Shown here: positions 12,878-25,200 of the stretch, piece by piece
Position numbering within the stretch: position 1 is the first letter of the stretch
How the letters are laid out: every line of letters starts with the position of its first letter
Assembly (NCBI RefSeq): GCF_964355755.1
Contig: NC_092670.1
Span: 14,184,795-14,248,794, forward strand
DNA: 64,000 bases
Origin: Antedon mediterranea
Lineage: Eukaryota > Animalia > Echinodermata
Direction: 5' to 3'
Program-made: the position numbers and the translations under genes
The notes under the pieces: generated by a model
What the model was told of the DNA's origin: nothing
The model's database searches: none
What the model saw: only the letters and a program-made list of their open reading frames with translations

Positions 12878-13033
12878 AGCTTGTTTCCCAGCGCAAGGAC
12901 GTAAGCCGCAACGCAAGCGATTGACCAATCATAAGAGACATTTCGAATAATCCATCGCGTGTGATTATCGTACTAGTCAATTTGCTTGCATGCGGCTTAC
13001 GTCCTTACTTTGCGTCCTAGTGAGAACCAAGCT
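12878..13033. mobile_element. PIF/Harbinger-like MITE, family B (AGCTTGGTTCCCACTAG-type termini)
   Basis: Imperfect inverted termini AGCTTGTTTCCCA...TGAGAACCAAGCT flanked by TAA on both sides, with an internal CGCAACGCAAG...GACCAATC palindromic core. Related copies or fragments lie near 15310-15540, 20022-20361, 21270-21365, 21855-21930, 25258-25390, 31370-31510 and 36470-36570. Confidence 0.6.
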
Positions 13034-13711
13034 TAATCAGCAATTAACCAATATTCTCTAACCGATTCTCTTTAGGCCTGGCCTACTGTAACAATAATTC
13101 TTAGTATTGGTATATTCTATGATACATAATTGTAACATGTCTTTCAAGTGTGACGACTGTTTCCTAGACCATGAACAACCTTTAATATAATGCAGGCTAC
13201 ACATGTGACACTGATTACAGAATTTGCCTATAATTCTGGCCATTTAATGTCATAGGAGATACAGAGAATTGGTTGCTTATTCTTCAAAAACAGTTCGATT
13301 GAGCTGATCATTAAATTCGTCACTGCGTTTGTATGCAAACTGTACGCGTTTTAACAGTACTCATTATAGGCAAAAAAGCGTACGTTTCTTTAAATTAAGC
13401 TCACTCATTCAGTTTTCAACATATGTATATTTAATTCATAAACAATATCTAAGCTGTACATATTTTATTTACAAAGCATTGCAGTTTCTTGTATCTTCTT
13501 ATCAACATAGAAAAAGCCTAACAAAAACTTGCCAAATGTTATAATAATTATATAGGTTTACTTGCATAGATCTTATTTAGTCCGATTGTTGGTTTTTTAA
13601 TTATTTGTGGTCCTTCAGTAAATAAAAATTCATAATAATTTAGTGGCCGTATTCACACTTAAGTGATATAATTTTTCTTATGGATTTCCAAAAATGACTT
13701 TTACCCAGTTT

Positions 13712-14075
13712 GTAGTGATTGGCGTCGGAGCCAACATAAATCCGGTAAGAAGTGTTCTTTTAAACTACGGGTCTGCAGTGATTGGCGTCGGAGCCAACAT
13801 AAATCCTACAAGAAGTGTTCTTTTAAACTACGGGTCAGCGGCGTGATTAGCGTCGGAGCCAACATAAATCCTACAATAAGTGTTCTTTAAAACTACGGGT
13901 CAACCATGATTGGCGTCGGAGCCAACATAAATCCGGTAAGAAGTGTTCTTTCAAACTACGGGTTAGTGGTGAATGGCGTCGGAGCCAATATAAATCCTAC
14001 AAGAAGTGTTCTTTCAATCTACGGGTCTGCGGTGATTGGTGTCGGAGCCAACAGAAACCCTGTAAATAATGTTCT
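13712..14075 (-). repeat. 63-bp tandem repeat (~5.7 copies) derived from the last codons and stop codon of the C1q-domain gene
   Basis: Minus-strand TAG copies at 14019, 13956, 13893, 13828 and 13765 (spacing 63, 63, 65, 63). Each unit encodes an RTLL(T/V)GF(M/I)LAPTPI..(D/N)P*-like peptide. Confidence 0.9.
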
Positions 14076-17000
14076 TCTCCACTTGTTATGATGCAACTTT
14101 ACCTTAGGATTCAGATGTAGCCATATTCTATCCCCTTTTACAAGAGTCAGTATAATACTGCTTGCTGTTGAAGTGCGCTCGTTCGGCTGCGCAAAATCGT
14201 CAATCGCCATTATGAACTCATCGTTTTTGTGTAGGCGCACTGACGGATTCTTCATGACTTTATTTTTATAAACATGTGTACTGAAGTAGTAGGTTCCATT
14301 TAGCGGACATGTATACGTTCCGGTATTATTATCGAAGTCGTTGCCTACATTAGCGTAGACAATATTGAAAGTTATTGCCGTGTTGTTTCTTGTTGAATCC
14401 GGTAAGACGGGAGTACCGCGTGCCGCTGAGAAAGCAGACGTACGGCCGCCGTGTAATGATGGTAGAGCATATGTCTCCACGTACGACGCTGGATTTCTTT
14501 TGCCTGCTAGTTCAACTTCACAGGTACATGTACCTTTTTCACCTTTCAATCCATGAAAACCTGAAAAATAACGCTAGAAAACTTAATTATTGTGTAGACC
14601 CTCCTTGACGAGGGTAGGTTGAAGGGTGGGGGAGAAAGATGGGTTCGCCTAACTAGCTTTGTGCAGCTGAACCGTAGTGGAGTTCAATCCGTCCAATCCC
14701 AAGGTACAGGGTTCAATCGTGACCTAGTGTCAGGTTTGTAGACTGACTCAACTCTTCAACACTCCACTCTCAGCCTCTAGTTTATAATCAATAATTTTAT
14801 AAAAATTAAGGTTTATCCTAATTGGCAAGTTTCTCTCCGTTGGATAATTATTTGATATTTTAAAGTTTCTTCGAAGAGTCTTAATTGGCCTTGACAGAGA
14901 TGAAACTATAATAATGTTACATACACGTCGTTACATTAATGTTAGGCCTCTGATTGAGAACGGCGCCAAAGATGACGCCAAAGATGACAAAAAATGAAAA
15001 TCATGTTTATTGAATATGACATCAACTGTCCATGCCAAGTTATGGAGGAAGCAAATATAATATAAAGTTTAGGTCTAGAACCCCGAATATTGGCTTACAA
15101 AACCAATGAAATAATACAGGACGAAAACAATTTCAATATCTAAGAATTTGAATAAATTTAGTTTAGCATCATCTTACCAATAGGTCCAATTTCACCTTTT
15201 TGTCCAACCAACCCATTTTTACCCGGTATTCCCTGAGGTCCTGGGCGACCGGGTGATCCTCTGCAACCTTCTATACCTATGTTGAAAAGACAAATTGATA
15301 ATGAAATATATTAAGATTCCACTAGAACGTGATGGAAGGACGTATAAGACCGAGTACAACGAACGTTCAAATGATGCGTTGCTAGCATTTTTAAAATCGC
15401 ACTGTGTCCATAATACCTTTAAGTATGCAGCGCAATGTTAAGCGCACAACAAGTAATTTAACGTACCAATCACGACGCATGAATCATCCGAGCTCTAACT
15501 TTTCATTTCGTTTACGTTGCGTTCTAGTGGAAACCAACTTTAGGATAATTGGAGATCATCAAACCAATACGAAATACGTCATATTAAAAGCGCCATGCTT
15601 TGCTAATAATATATGATGCCGAAATGCGCCACTCGGTGAATCCGTGTAGCGAAATGTTTGGTAGTAAAGTTTGACTACGTTGATGAAGAGTTTTACGTCA
15701 CTGTCAAATGGCTTGTTATTTTACTCGGTAAAAAAAAAACAGGTATAAAGTACCGATAACAATTATTACAGGTGTTTAACAGGAGTTCACCATTTGCAAT
15801 TATGACCTGATTTTAGATGATGTAGGGCGGCAAGGAGAACTCTTTATCCATATAGGCTACTTCCTTGTTTATGTAGCCTTTACCGACTACATGTATGCAA
15901 ATAAGCTAGTTTATTTATAGTAACTATATTGTTCAAAGATAGTTGGGTGGTTAAAATGAATGTTCGAGCAGCCAATTTAAAGCTGTCTACACTATCAAAC
16001 TAGTTTGATAAAAAAATGTGTGATGTGCCCAAATTTGGTGATATGCTCAAATATGGTAGTGATATGACATCATCATGTCACATTTTGTTGTAGTGTAGAC
16101 CGAGCTTAAACCTACCCTTTTTAAAGATGCTCTTATTTTTGGAACTTACGCCAATGGAGAGCAGGTGTTTCAGCTTAAAGTTTATGAAAAAGTGTTTAGC
16201 CCTATATGTGAAGAATGAAAGTATCGAGCTATATTACAACCAAGGATATAATGTGCTCCACCAGTAACTACCTGGTGAAGAAATGAGAAGATTGAACCGT
16301 GTGAAAAGTCAATGAGGTACATCAGTGAATGAATTCCAGATACGTAAAAATATTCCAAGGTAAGTCCTAATTAAACTTTTATTCAAATACAACGATCATT
16401 GTACTAAATTGTTTCCGATTCGGGTGGGTGTTAAATGCATTTATGTCTGTATTAGTATGTATTACATTACATTCATAACCACCATAAAAGTAGGCTACGG
16501 GGATTCACATCATTAAGCGATTCTTATCTTTAAAAACAAGCCTTCCTTTTAAATAAATATCAACATATCTGTTTTCCTCATTCAGTTTTATATTAATGGG
16601 GTATTGTTCGTATATAAGTGCGTTAATGTCCTGCTTAATGTCTACTGAGGTAGTAATAATATTACCTCAGTAATACCTCAGTGTTATATAATATAAAACC
16701 ATCTAAAAGTGACACACCCCACTAATGCATTGCATTGGTGGCACCATAAAGAAATAAGTTAGGATTATTTCTCCGTGGTGGCACTAAATCCAATAAAAAA
16801 GATGGCGCGCCGAACGATATGTTACAAAATGATATTTCAAAAAAAAAAAAACCCTGATTGATACTGAGTAACAATTCTATACTTCAATTAAAATTCATAA
16901 ATGACTGGATAATCGTTTTTTATAATAATGGTAATCAGACTATTTTAGAGTAAGTTTATTTCTTTGGCACCCGGGTGAGTATGATACATACTCGGGTAAA

Positions 17001-17856
17001 TCCATGATATGGATATCCATGTTATTAAGTTATATTTAAGTTCAGACAACTAACAGTTTCTTTGGCACCCGGGTGGGTATGATACATACTCGTGTAAATA
17101 ACGATCAAGCTTCGACCGGCCTTAGGCACAGAAGAGAAAAACTGAAAAAATGCATTACACCCCTTGATATACGTATCATGCTATTAAGTTATATTTTTTG
17201 ACAGTTTACGGAAATAACATTTTTCAAAATACTTTCTTAATCAATAAAAACGAATGGAATGGAAATTCAATATCTTTATTCATGTCTTTCTTGTCGGATG
17301 TTTTGTTATGATCTTCGCGTATACCACCGCGAGAGTAGGCCTACATTTATTGGAGGCTTGCGATAGGTAGGTTAACATAATCATTCCCATGGTAAAGCTG
17401 TTTTCTATTTCACCCTCCGCTAAAATACCCGTAACGGTCATTAACTGTGAAATCAGTCGCATGGTTTCCCATGCCTTGTGGTTTCTTTGCAATAAACAGA
17501 TAACATATCATTATGATTTATCCTCTATAATATACATTTTGAATATAGCACTTTAAATGAACTTACGGATGTCAAAGTTGGTTACATAAAAAAAAACAGC
17601 GGACGTTCCCCTTCTCCCTTGAATCGTCAAAAGGATACTTACCTGGTGATCCTCGTGGTCCTTGTATTCCCTGGACCCCTGGTATGCCCTGCGGTCCCTG
17701 TGCACCGTCATAACCTCGCCGGCAAACATTTGAGCCACATGATGACGTTGTTGGCGATACAGTAGACGCGGCATTTTGTAGACGTACAAGTGAAGCTGTT
17801 ACGCCGTAATTCCATTTGTTAAATGACAATAGACATATCAGTATCAATGAAAACAT
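14019..17856 (-). CDS. Secreted short collagen-repeat + globular C1q domain protein (C1q/CTRP/otolin-like), ~284 aa, 3 coding exons
   Basis: Exons 17856-17643 (signal peptide, SSCGSNVC, Gly-X-Y), 15276-15178 (99 nt, 11 Gly-X-Y triplets, phase 1-1) and 14560-14019 (gC1q: AFSAAR...ITFNIVYANVGNDFDNNTGTYTCPLNGTYYF...LVKGDRIWL...TLFTGFLL). GT-AG sites join in frame (855 nt). A probable non-coding exon 1 ends at 18323. Confidence 0.9.
15980..16108. mobile_element. PIF/Harbinger-like MITE, family A (AGCTCTGTCTACACTATCAAA termini)
   Basis: AGCTGTCTACACTATCAAAC...GTAGTGTAGACCGAGCT flanked by TAA; same family as 39438-39600, 48420-48520 (partial), 51396-51521 and 52722-52810 (partial). Confidence 0.6.
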
Positions 17857-18417
17857 ATTTTATTCCTGAAAATAAATGTTTATTATATTTTAAGAATGCG
17901 CCTAGAAATATTGATATTTCCACCAGCATTGGCTAAAATTTTAATTAACCAAATACTGTAGGTAATAACGCATCACATTTTTTTTATCTGAAACGAATTA
18001 TGTTATATTTTAGTAATGGTATTTATAAGAGTAATATTCCGCATAAATGCAATTGCGAACCAGTATTAAATAACCAAATAATGATATAATATCAATATTT
18101 GGAAAAAGATTGTTATTTTAAATAATAATATATTGTTTATGTAATATCGCATCCATTCAATATCTCCGTTTGTAAACCCGTCATTCAACATTAAAACTCT
18201 GACAACTATGGAACGCCATAAATGTTGTTTGATAAAACTTTGGTTGATGCAGTAAGTATCGCTATTCTAATGCCTAGATTCAGATATCGCATTAATTACG
18301 GTCTCTATAATGATATTCTTACCTGATGCGTCTTCCAATTATTGTTGTAATTCCTAAACGTTCCTTTATTCTCGAAGGAGCCAAACTTTTGATTTGATGA
18401 GTTGAACATCTCGCAGC

Positions 18418-18470
18418 TTTAAATAAGCCAACCAAAAGTTTGTGAAAATATTTCAGAGTAATCACGTGAC
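18418..18470 (-). promoter_or_regulatory. Candidate C1q-gene core promoter (TATA-like TATTTAAA and GTCACGTGA E-box)
   Basis: Minus-strand TATTTAAA at ~18418-18425, about 100 nt upstream of a CAG|GTAAG donor at 18323; TCACGTGAC at 18462-18470. Motif-level inference only. Confidence 0.35.
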
Positions 18471-20021
18471 ATGCGCTTAGGACTGAACCATTGTTAAAGT
18501 AGGTGTGCCCTATGAAGTCTTTGAGTTACGATGAGGGTGTTGTTGCGTTCTCTGATTTCCCATAATATGGGCACTGACTTGATAATGAGAGCTCTAATCA
18601 AATCATACCCTGAAATTCTCGTTATTGTTTACAAGTAATAAGAGTTCAAAAGTAGGCCTATGCTGCATGCATTATTTTTTTTAATGTGATATATAATCAT
18701 AATTCATTTATAAAGTAGGTTTACATTCTGATAATGTTTAATTCTTTTCTGACAAATGTCACCTGTTTTCCGAAAATGTCACGAAATATTTCCTTTTCTC
18801 TCTGTGGCCTTTCTTTTTAAATTGCGATTTTTTTAATGCATAGTTCTCTGAAATGCTTCAGTGGACACTGGTGATTTAGTGCAGTTTCATCGGACCCTTA
18901 GTGTAATATAGGCCTAAAATGTTTAACACAACACTGATCATTCAATTCATAGAACAGTGGCTGACGTACTCAAATTTCGATGGAAAATAGTCTGTACATG
19001 TTTATGTTTATAATAAAGTTCTCGAAGGTAATCTGCATTTTTTCCTATTTTTGTAATATTAAAAAAAAAACAGTTTAACAAACAAATTTTATATTTTTAA
19101 TAGATTTTAAAAACAATTTAAATAACTTTGTAACCTTGTATACAAACATGCAGTCAGTTACATCAAGGTGCCTTGGTTATATAAAACATTGAATATGAGC
19201 AATCAGGGATGTAACGTCCTGTCTCATATTTGTTATTGGTATCGTCATTAAATACCTTTTTATAGACGTTGACCCAGACATTCATCACCTCGTAATATTT
19301 ATATCATGCAACGTATTCGAATGTTTTGTGACATGAATTAAATACAAATTTATTTGTATTTCATTTGGAGAGAATGTTTCACGCACGAATACCTTTTTTG
19401 TCAGCGGATGTATTCAATTTCTTTCTCTTGATCCGCTGTAGTTGCTTAGCAATAATTCGTTTTTATTAAATACTGTATACATGTAAAAACTATATGCAGA
19501 TCATTGTGTTTGATGGACGCGCCTAAATAGATATTGTGTGCCGTGAAAAATCGTACCAGCTTAAATGTATAGGCACATTATGCTTTTAGGGTAAAACATG
19601 CACTTGTAATTACCCATAGGTAGGCCCACTTTGAGACATTCTTTTCTTCACGAATAAAAAACACTGTGTGTAAAAAGAAAGAACATTTATGTCGACATAT
19701 TTTGTGTGACTTTGAGTTGCGTTCAGGCGGCGCGCGTGTGTACTTCGGTTGGGTTGACTCCGTGTAGACATCAGCCCCTCTTTACATATAAACCTAGTTC
19801 ACAGTTGACAAAATAAAACTATAGCCCTAAACTCTGCTTTCTAAATCCTAAATAAACAGTTTAAGCACTTCATTGACTTAACCTACATATGTGATAAGCT
19901 AAACCAATTTCGAATCGCATTAGGCTTATCTATGACGGTACGTTGTCATTCCATGTAGACGAAGAAAATTAATGACATATGGATTAAAGAATATTTAATA
20001 TTACAATTTAGGCCTACCTAA

Positions 20022-20361
20022 TGCTTGCTTACCATTGCAGACGCAACACAAGGACGTAACGCAACGTAAAGCGTGGTTCCCACTAGCGACGCAACACAAG
20101 GACGTAACGCAACGCAAGAGAATTGACCAATCACAAGCGATAGCTTATTCGCTTGTGATTGCTAACTGTCTATAACTTCGCTTGTCATTGGTTAAAACGC
20201 TTGCGTTGCGTTTACGTCCTTGCGTTACGTTCTAGTGGGAACCAAGCTTTAGCGATTCGATCAATCACAAGCGATGTATCATTCGAACTGTTGCATGCCG
20301 TTGGTGGTCTACGCTTGCGTTTCGTCTACGTTCTTGCGTTGCGTCTAGTGAGAACCAAGCT
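20022..20361. mobile_element. Two nested family-B MITEs (inner copy 20070-20248)
   Basis: The inner copy AGCGTGGTTCCCACTAG...CTAGTGGGAACCAAGCT interrupts an outer copy at its CGCAACG|GCGATT core; the outer copy ends TGAGAACCAAGCT at 20361. Confidence 0.6.
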
Positions 20362-21934
20362 TTAGGCGTGTATACCGCAATTGTTTACTTCTAATATGTG
20401 CTTTTTATACACTGATCCGAGCGGGTATGTCCATGCGTTTCAACGATCATGTTTTATCCCGTTCATCAAGATCCCTGCGGTGGCCGAGGTTCATTTTTAA
20501 AGCTTGTGTATGTGTGTTTAACCGACACGTGTCCTAGTCTCATTCAAACATGTACTTGTCCGTATTCGTACCCACCAGTCTCGTTCAATATTTTCTACCA
20601 CACATTTTTCTTTAATCTGGGTCATTTTTGTAGGAGGACTTTTTCTGTTTTATTAATAACCAGTTGTTTGTTTGTGCTCAACCGTAACCAAATTATTATT
20701 CCAAGTATAATAGCAAGATTATTTTTAATAGTTCTAAGTAGCCAATTCATGTATTTTTAACCTATAAAAAGTAATAGTTGGACGGTTATTAAAGTCACAC
20801 TTCTACCACAATTTCCTTAAATATGTTCCTTATGTATCTCCAGGAAGGTCATTAACATTCTAAATTAACTTAAGTACAATATATAGTAATGTTATTGATG
20901 ATCATACAAAATTTCCGAAGTTAGTTATAATAACATAATTCAAAACCTTATGGCATCTTGCCATAAAAATAGAAAAGACAAACAAACCCAAGAAAATCCC
21001 CAACTTGGCCCTGAAAGTTTTATCAAGTAATTTCGAATTAAAAATGCATCTTACAACGAAATAGTCTTTAAATGTTATTTAAGTGATTAGGGAGTTTGTT
21101 TAACTTTCTCGATTAAACTGCATTCGCACGGAGATGGCGACATTCATTATTAAAGAATGGAACGTCTGTTCTGTGAAATTGAACAAGAGGGATTTAAAAG
21201 AGAATATTAGATGCCTTTTCCGTCGAGCTCATGTGATACTGTTCCGGTGAGCTCATATGGGAGCTTAAATCTCTGTTCCACTAGGACGCAACGCACGCAA
21301 CAGTGGAAGCGTTGACCAATGATAAGCAGTTCGAATAATCCATCGTTTGTGATGGGTCAACTCACTTACTATACGTTTTATTAATAAAAATGAAAAAAAA
21401 TTAAACATTTTCTTATATTCATATTATTTTATTTAGAACTCCAGCCTGTTATATAAATCAACAAAATCATCAACTGTACACCATATTTTGATAGAATTGT
21501 TTAATTGATTCGTGTCAATGGTGCTCTAATTCTGTGTTTATTAATATTTGTTTTATTATCCCGTGAGGCAATGTTGGTAACATGTCGTTAAAAATTGTGA
21601 TAAAATTTAACAAACATGAACGCTAAATGTCAACATATATTAGGCATGCGTGATGGTATGTGACGTCATGGCGATTGAAACAACAGTTGGTTGGGATTTA
21701 TTTTAAGATATTGCCATTTGAGTGGAGTAATAAAATGAATGAAATGTATGACCTGTTCCGTTTCACAGAATGGAACACGGTTTTTTTCAATACTTACAAA
21801 TCATATACTGTATAAAGAAGTGATCTTCAGTCCTGCCTAACAGATTAAGTGCGAATGTAGCGCATCGCAAGCCGTTGACCAATCACGACGCAATAGATCA
21901 TTCGTTGCGTCCAAGTGGGAACCAATCTTGTTGT

Positions 21935-22255
21935 AGATGTATTGTCCCCCAAAAACATGAAAAAAGAAGGTTACTAAAATAAGACTTTGAATAGGTTATT
22001 TTGTAGTTTTAACAAAGTTAATCACTTCCGTTGAAAAAAACAACCCACAAAAATAATGTTTTCACTTATAAATGACAAAATAAATGGTAAAATTCAACCA
22101 AAAACCTATTGGCTGGCAGCTAATTTGATTATTTTTTGCTTTTAATTACAGTTTTTTCGGGTAAATCATTTTTTTAAATTTTTGGTCAAAGTGAATAACT
22201 ATTATGTGACAATATTAACATACACACACTTTTTTTTCAGGGAGACAATACACCT
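21935..22255. mobile_element. MITE family C (AGATGTATTGTCCC termini), degenerate copy
   Basis: AGATGTATTGTCCCCC at the left and GGAGACAATACACCT at the right; same termini as 55102-55640, with a fragment near 57860-57890. Confidence 0.45.
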
Positions 22256-25200
22256 TTGATAATAATTATTGCTCGTTATTTATAATTATGTGAATTTCGA
22301 ATTTTGAAGAAAAAGTTTTTATTGAGACGGTATTCATTAGGCCTATTTCTTTTTTAATCGTTTGAAGAGGCAGCGCTTGTTTTATAATCTGCATTGATAT
22401 GCTTAATCGTTTCAAACAACAGTATAAATAAAAATACGATATAAAAATATTTAGTCATAGTCTACACAACATTTTAGCTGTTTATTAGACTAGACAAAAT
22501 GTCAAAATTTTCCTTACGATTAAATAAACGGGCCAAGGATGTGTCTTTTGTCTTAAAAATCGAATTCATCAGGAATTAAATTTATAAAACGTTCGGACGT
22601 AGGCGGAAGAGTGTGTTCACATCAAAATATTCCCATGTTGACCCCTTCCTAGCGACATGCCACCGGTGTATAGCTAATGTCAATTTGGTTTTAATATATC
22701 AAGGGTTACATAACATATCGTCATATGCGTATACCATAGAAAATCATGGAACACTTAAAGTATTAACCGATTTTTCCTTCTGAACTTTTTGAGGTTGACG
22801 TGGCACAGTTTAACTGATTAGGTTAGGAAGCTCATAAAGGGCCCACAGAAGCTCTAAGCTTTTTTGGGCTAAACTTCCATTTTTTTTATTTTTTCATGTT
22901 ATCATTTTGTATATTTTTTATAATTATTTTCAAATAAATTCAAATCAAATAAAAAAGAAATAAACATTAAAAGTAGAAAAACATAATTATTGAAAAAAAA
23001 TATGCAGAAACCTCAGCAGATAAAATTATTGGGAGAGGTAGTGGTGAAGTGGGTATTTCAACAACATCAGTAGGCCTACTATATTGTGTATTATTGGCCT
23101 ATCATACCAATCAGCACGTATGTGTCGATACCATATTAATTAGTTATCTTATAGACTTCCTTTATCTTAATTTTCTAAAAATCATAATTGGTGCGATGTC
23201 CGTGAACCGACTTCTTGTTTACACAAAATTAGTGTAGGCAACGTACTGCTTCATGAAAAATGGACTTGTTTCTAAGAACGACAGCAGAATGTAAGAGAAA
23301 AAATAATGAAGGCCAGTCGGATACATTAATGATGTGCATCGATAGTGCATTTAAGGCTTCCTGCATCGGAAGAGGTTTTTTTTAATTAGTTGTCAATCAT
23401 GTAAAAACAAATAATAATATTTACACCAGTAGGCCTATATGTGATTATACCCATAATTATTGCTGCTAGTCGGTGGACAGTAGACTTCCGCCAAATCTGT
23501 AGTTATTGTCTTTTTTTTATGTTAGTCCACACTCCATGATCCACCAGTTGGCGTTTCGATTTTTTTCTGACTCTTTTTCATTTTTTTAAATAAAGCACTA
23601 GAAAGACTATGTTAAATAGAACATGTTGGCCTATCCAGAAAGTGGAATGTTTTGACCTTTGACACTCAAATCATTTTTAATGTGTTGTCGGAAGTCAAGA
23701 AAGAAACTGCTGAAAAACAGAATCCGTTTGCAGCTTCAGTTGACTGGGTAAAACTTACTTAATACTTCTTGAGTGTTAGGGTCGGTTAACAAGTACAATA
23801 GCTTATATGACCCTTCCTTTTCTTTCTTCTTTTTCACTACTATAAATTGTATAGACGTTTGGGGGATCCGGGTACGAACAATGATTGTTTATAATATATC
23901 AAAAAGATAACTGTAGTGACAATATTTGAGTTTGGGTGTTGGAGATGATGTGGTGAAATGTGAAGTGTGAAAAAGTAAACTTGCAGTCAATAATAATACA
24001 AATGTTTCAAAATCACCTTATGAATTTAGGCCTACGGGATTTTGCGTGACGGTTTCTATTATAATTTTAAATGTCACTCAGGGCCTATAATGTTGATGAT
24101 ATCATAAGATGTTATAGATAATAGGCCTACTCTCTATCTGGTGTCAACAGAGGTTGAACAGACTTCGTCAGGCGGATTTGCTCAGATGTATCGAAACTGT
24201 CAAAACGAAAGTCGAACATGCTCTGTCTGGTTATAAGAATTAGAATTATGGTTAAAATAGTTAGCATTTGTGTTAGTGTTAGGATTAGTGTTGGGATATG
24301 TTAGAATTGGTGTTAAGTGTCTTTCTTGGGTCTTTCTATAAGCATGCTCGTCTTCATTCGTTTTTGTTTGTATTCTTCAAGATCCTATTTCTCTATATGC
24401 ATCACTCACTTTTAAACATGTATCTTAGGTCATAAAACTGCACTTGTATCTGCACCTGTATTAATTCTTAAAAACTGTACGTCTAATAATAAAATATTTG
24501 TAGATACGTTCAAAGTATTGGTCACGTTGCGAAAGCTCATGGGTGATTCGTAGGCCTAATTTAGTAATATCCCTTGCTTGGGATGTAGGCTAATTCCGGG
24601 GCTAATTCTTCACCTGACGTGTTTGCTAATTATTTAACTGAGACCATGTAACCGTTAACAAAAATATTTACTAGGCCTATTACGTTCCTGGTGGCACATT
24701 GGGTAAATGCCTTTAGAATTTATAACCAAATCCAATATAACCCAACTGGTTTTAACACGGAATTGGCTATCGACAATTAGTCCCACTTCAATGTGGAATT
24801 TCCCCCAATTATTTGACGATTTTCATAGCTTCTTTTTATGGGCAAATTTTACTAGTTAAAAACAGTGTGTTATGCTAAAATCAGCTAAAGATGTAATCAA
24901 ATAACGTTCAAATGTACTTATACAATATTATGTTCGGAGTTCATTCAAACGCCCATATTATTTCATCGACCTTCAGAAATTATCTAATTTTGATGTTAAA
25001 ATAAATGGAAAGGAATCTAGCACATGTTGTTAATTTCATTTGGGCGATTCGGTTGAGTTCGATGAAGGCTATTATTTCGATTAACTAATAGGTCGTTGGC
25101 TTGCGTCCCAGACAAGCATCAGCAACAAAAATACATATAAAATATAGCACCTTCCGCTGTAATCAATTACATATGTTTTTATAGACAAGATGTTAAAAAA

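Noticed and set aside
13906-14608. Plus-strand ORFs over the C1q exon and 63-bp repeat
   Set aside because: Antisense shadows of the C1q coding exon and its repeat.
16643-16682. ACTGAGGTA...TACCTCAGT palindrome with a duplicated right arm, resembling the P-like scars
   Set aside because: No 7-bp flanking duplication and no intact CA start; possibly a decayed scar but not supportable.
19979-19998. ATGGATTAAAGAATATT half-match to the 35348 scar
   Set aside because: Only one arm is present and there is no TSD.
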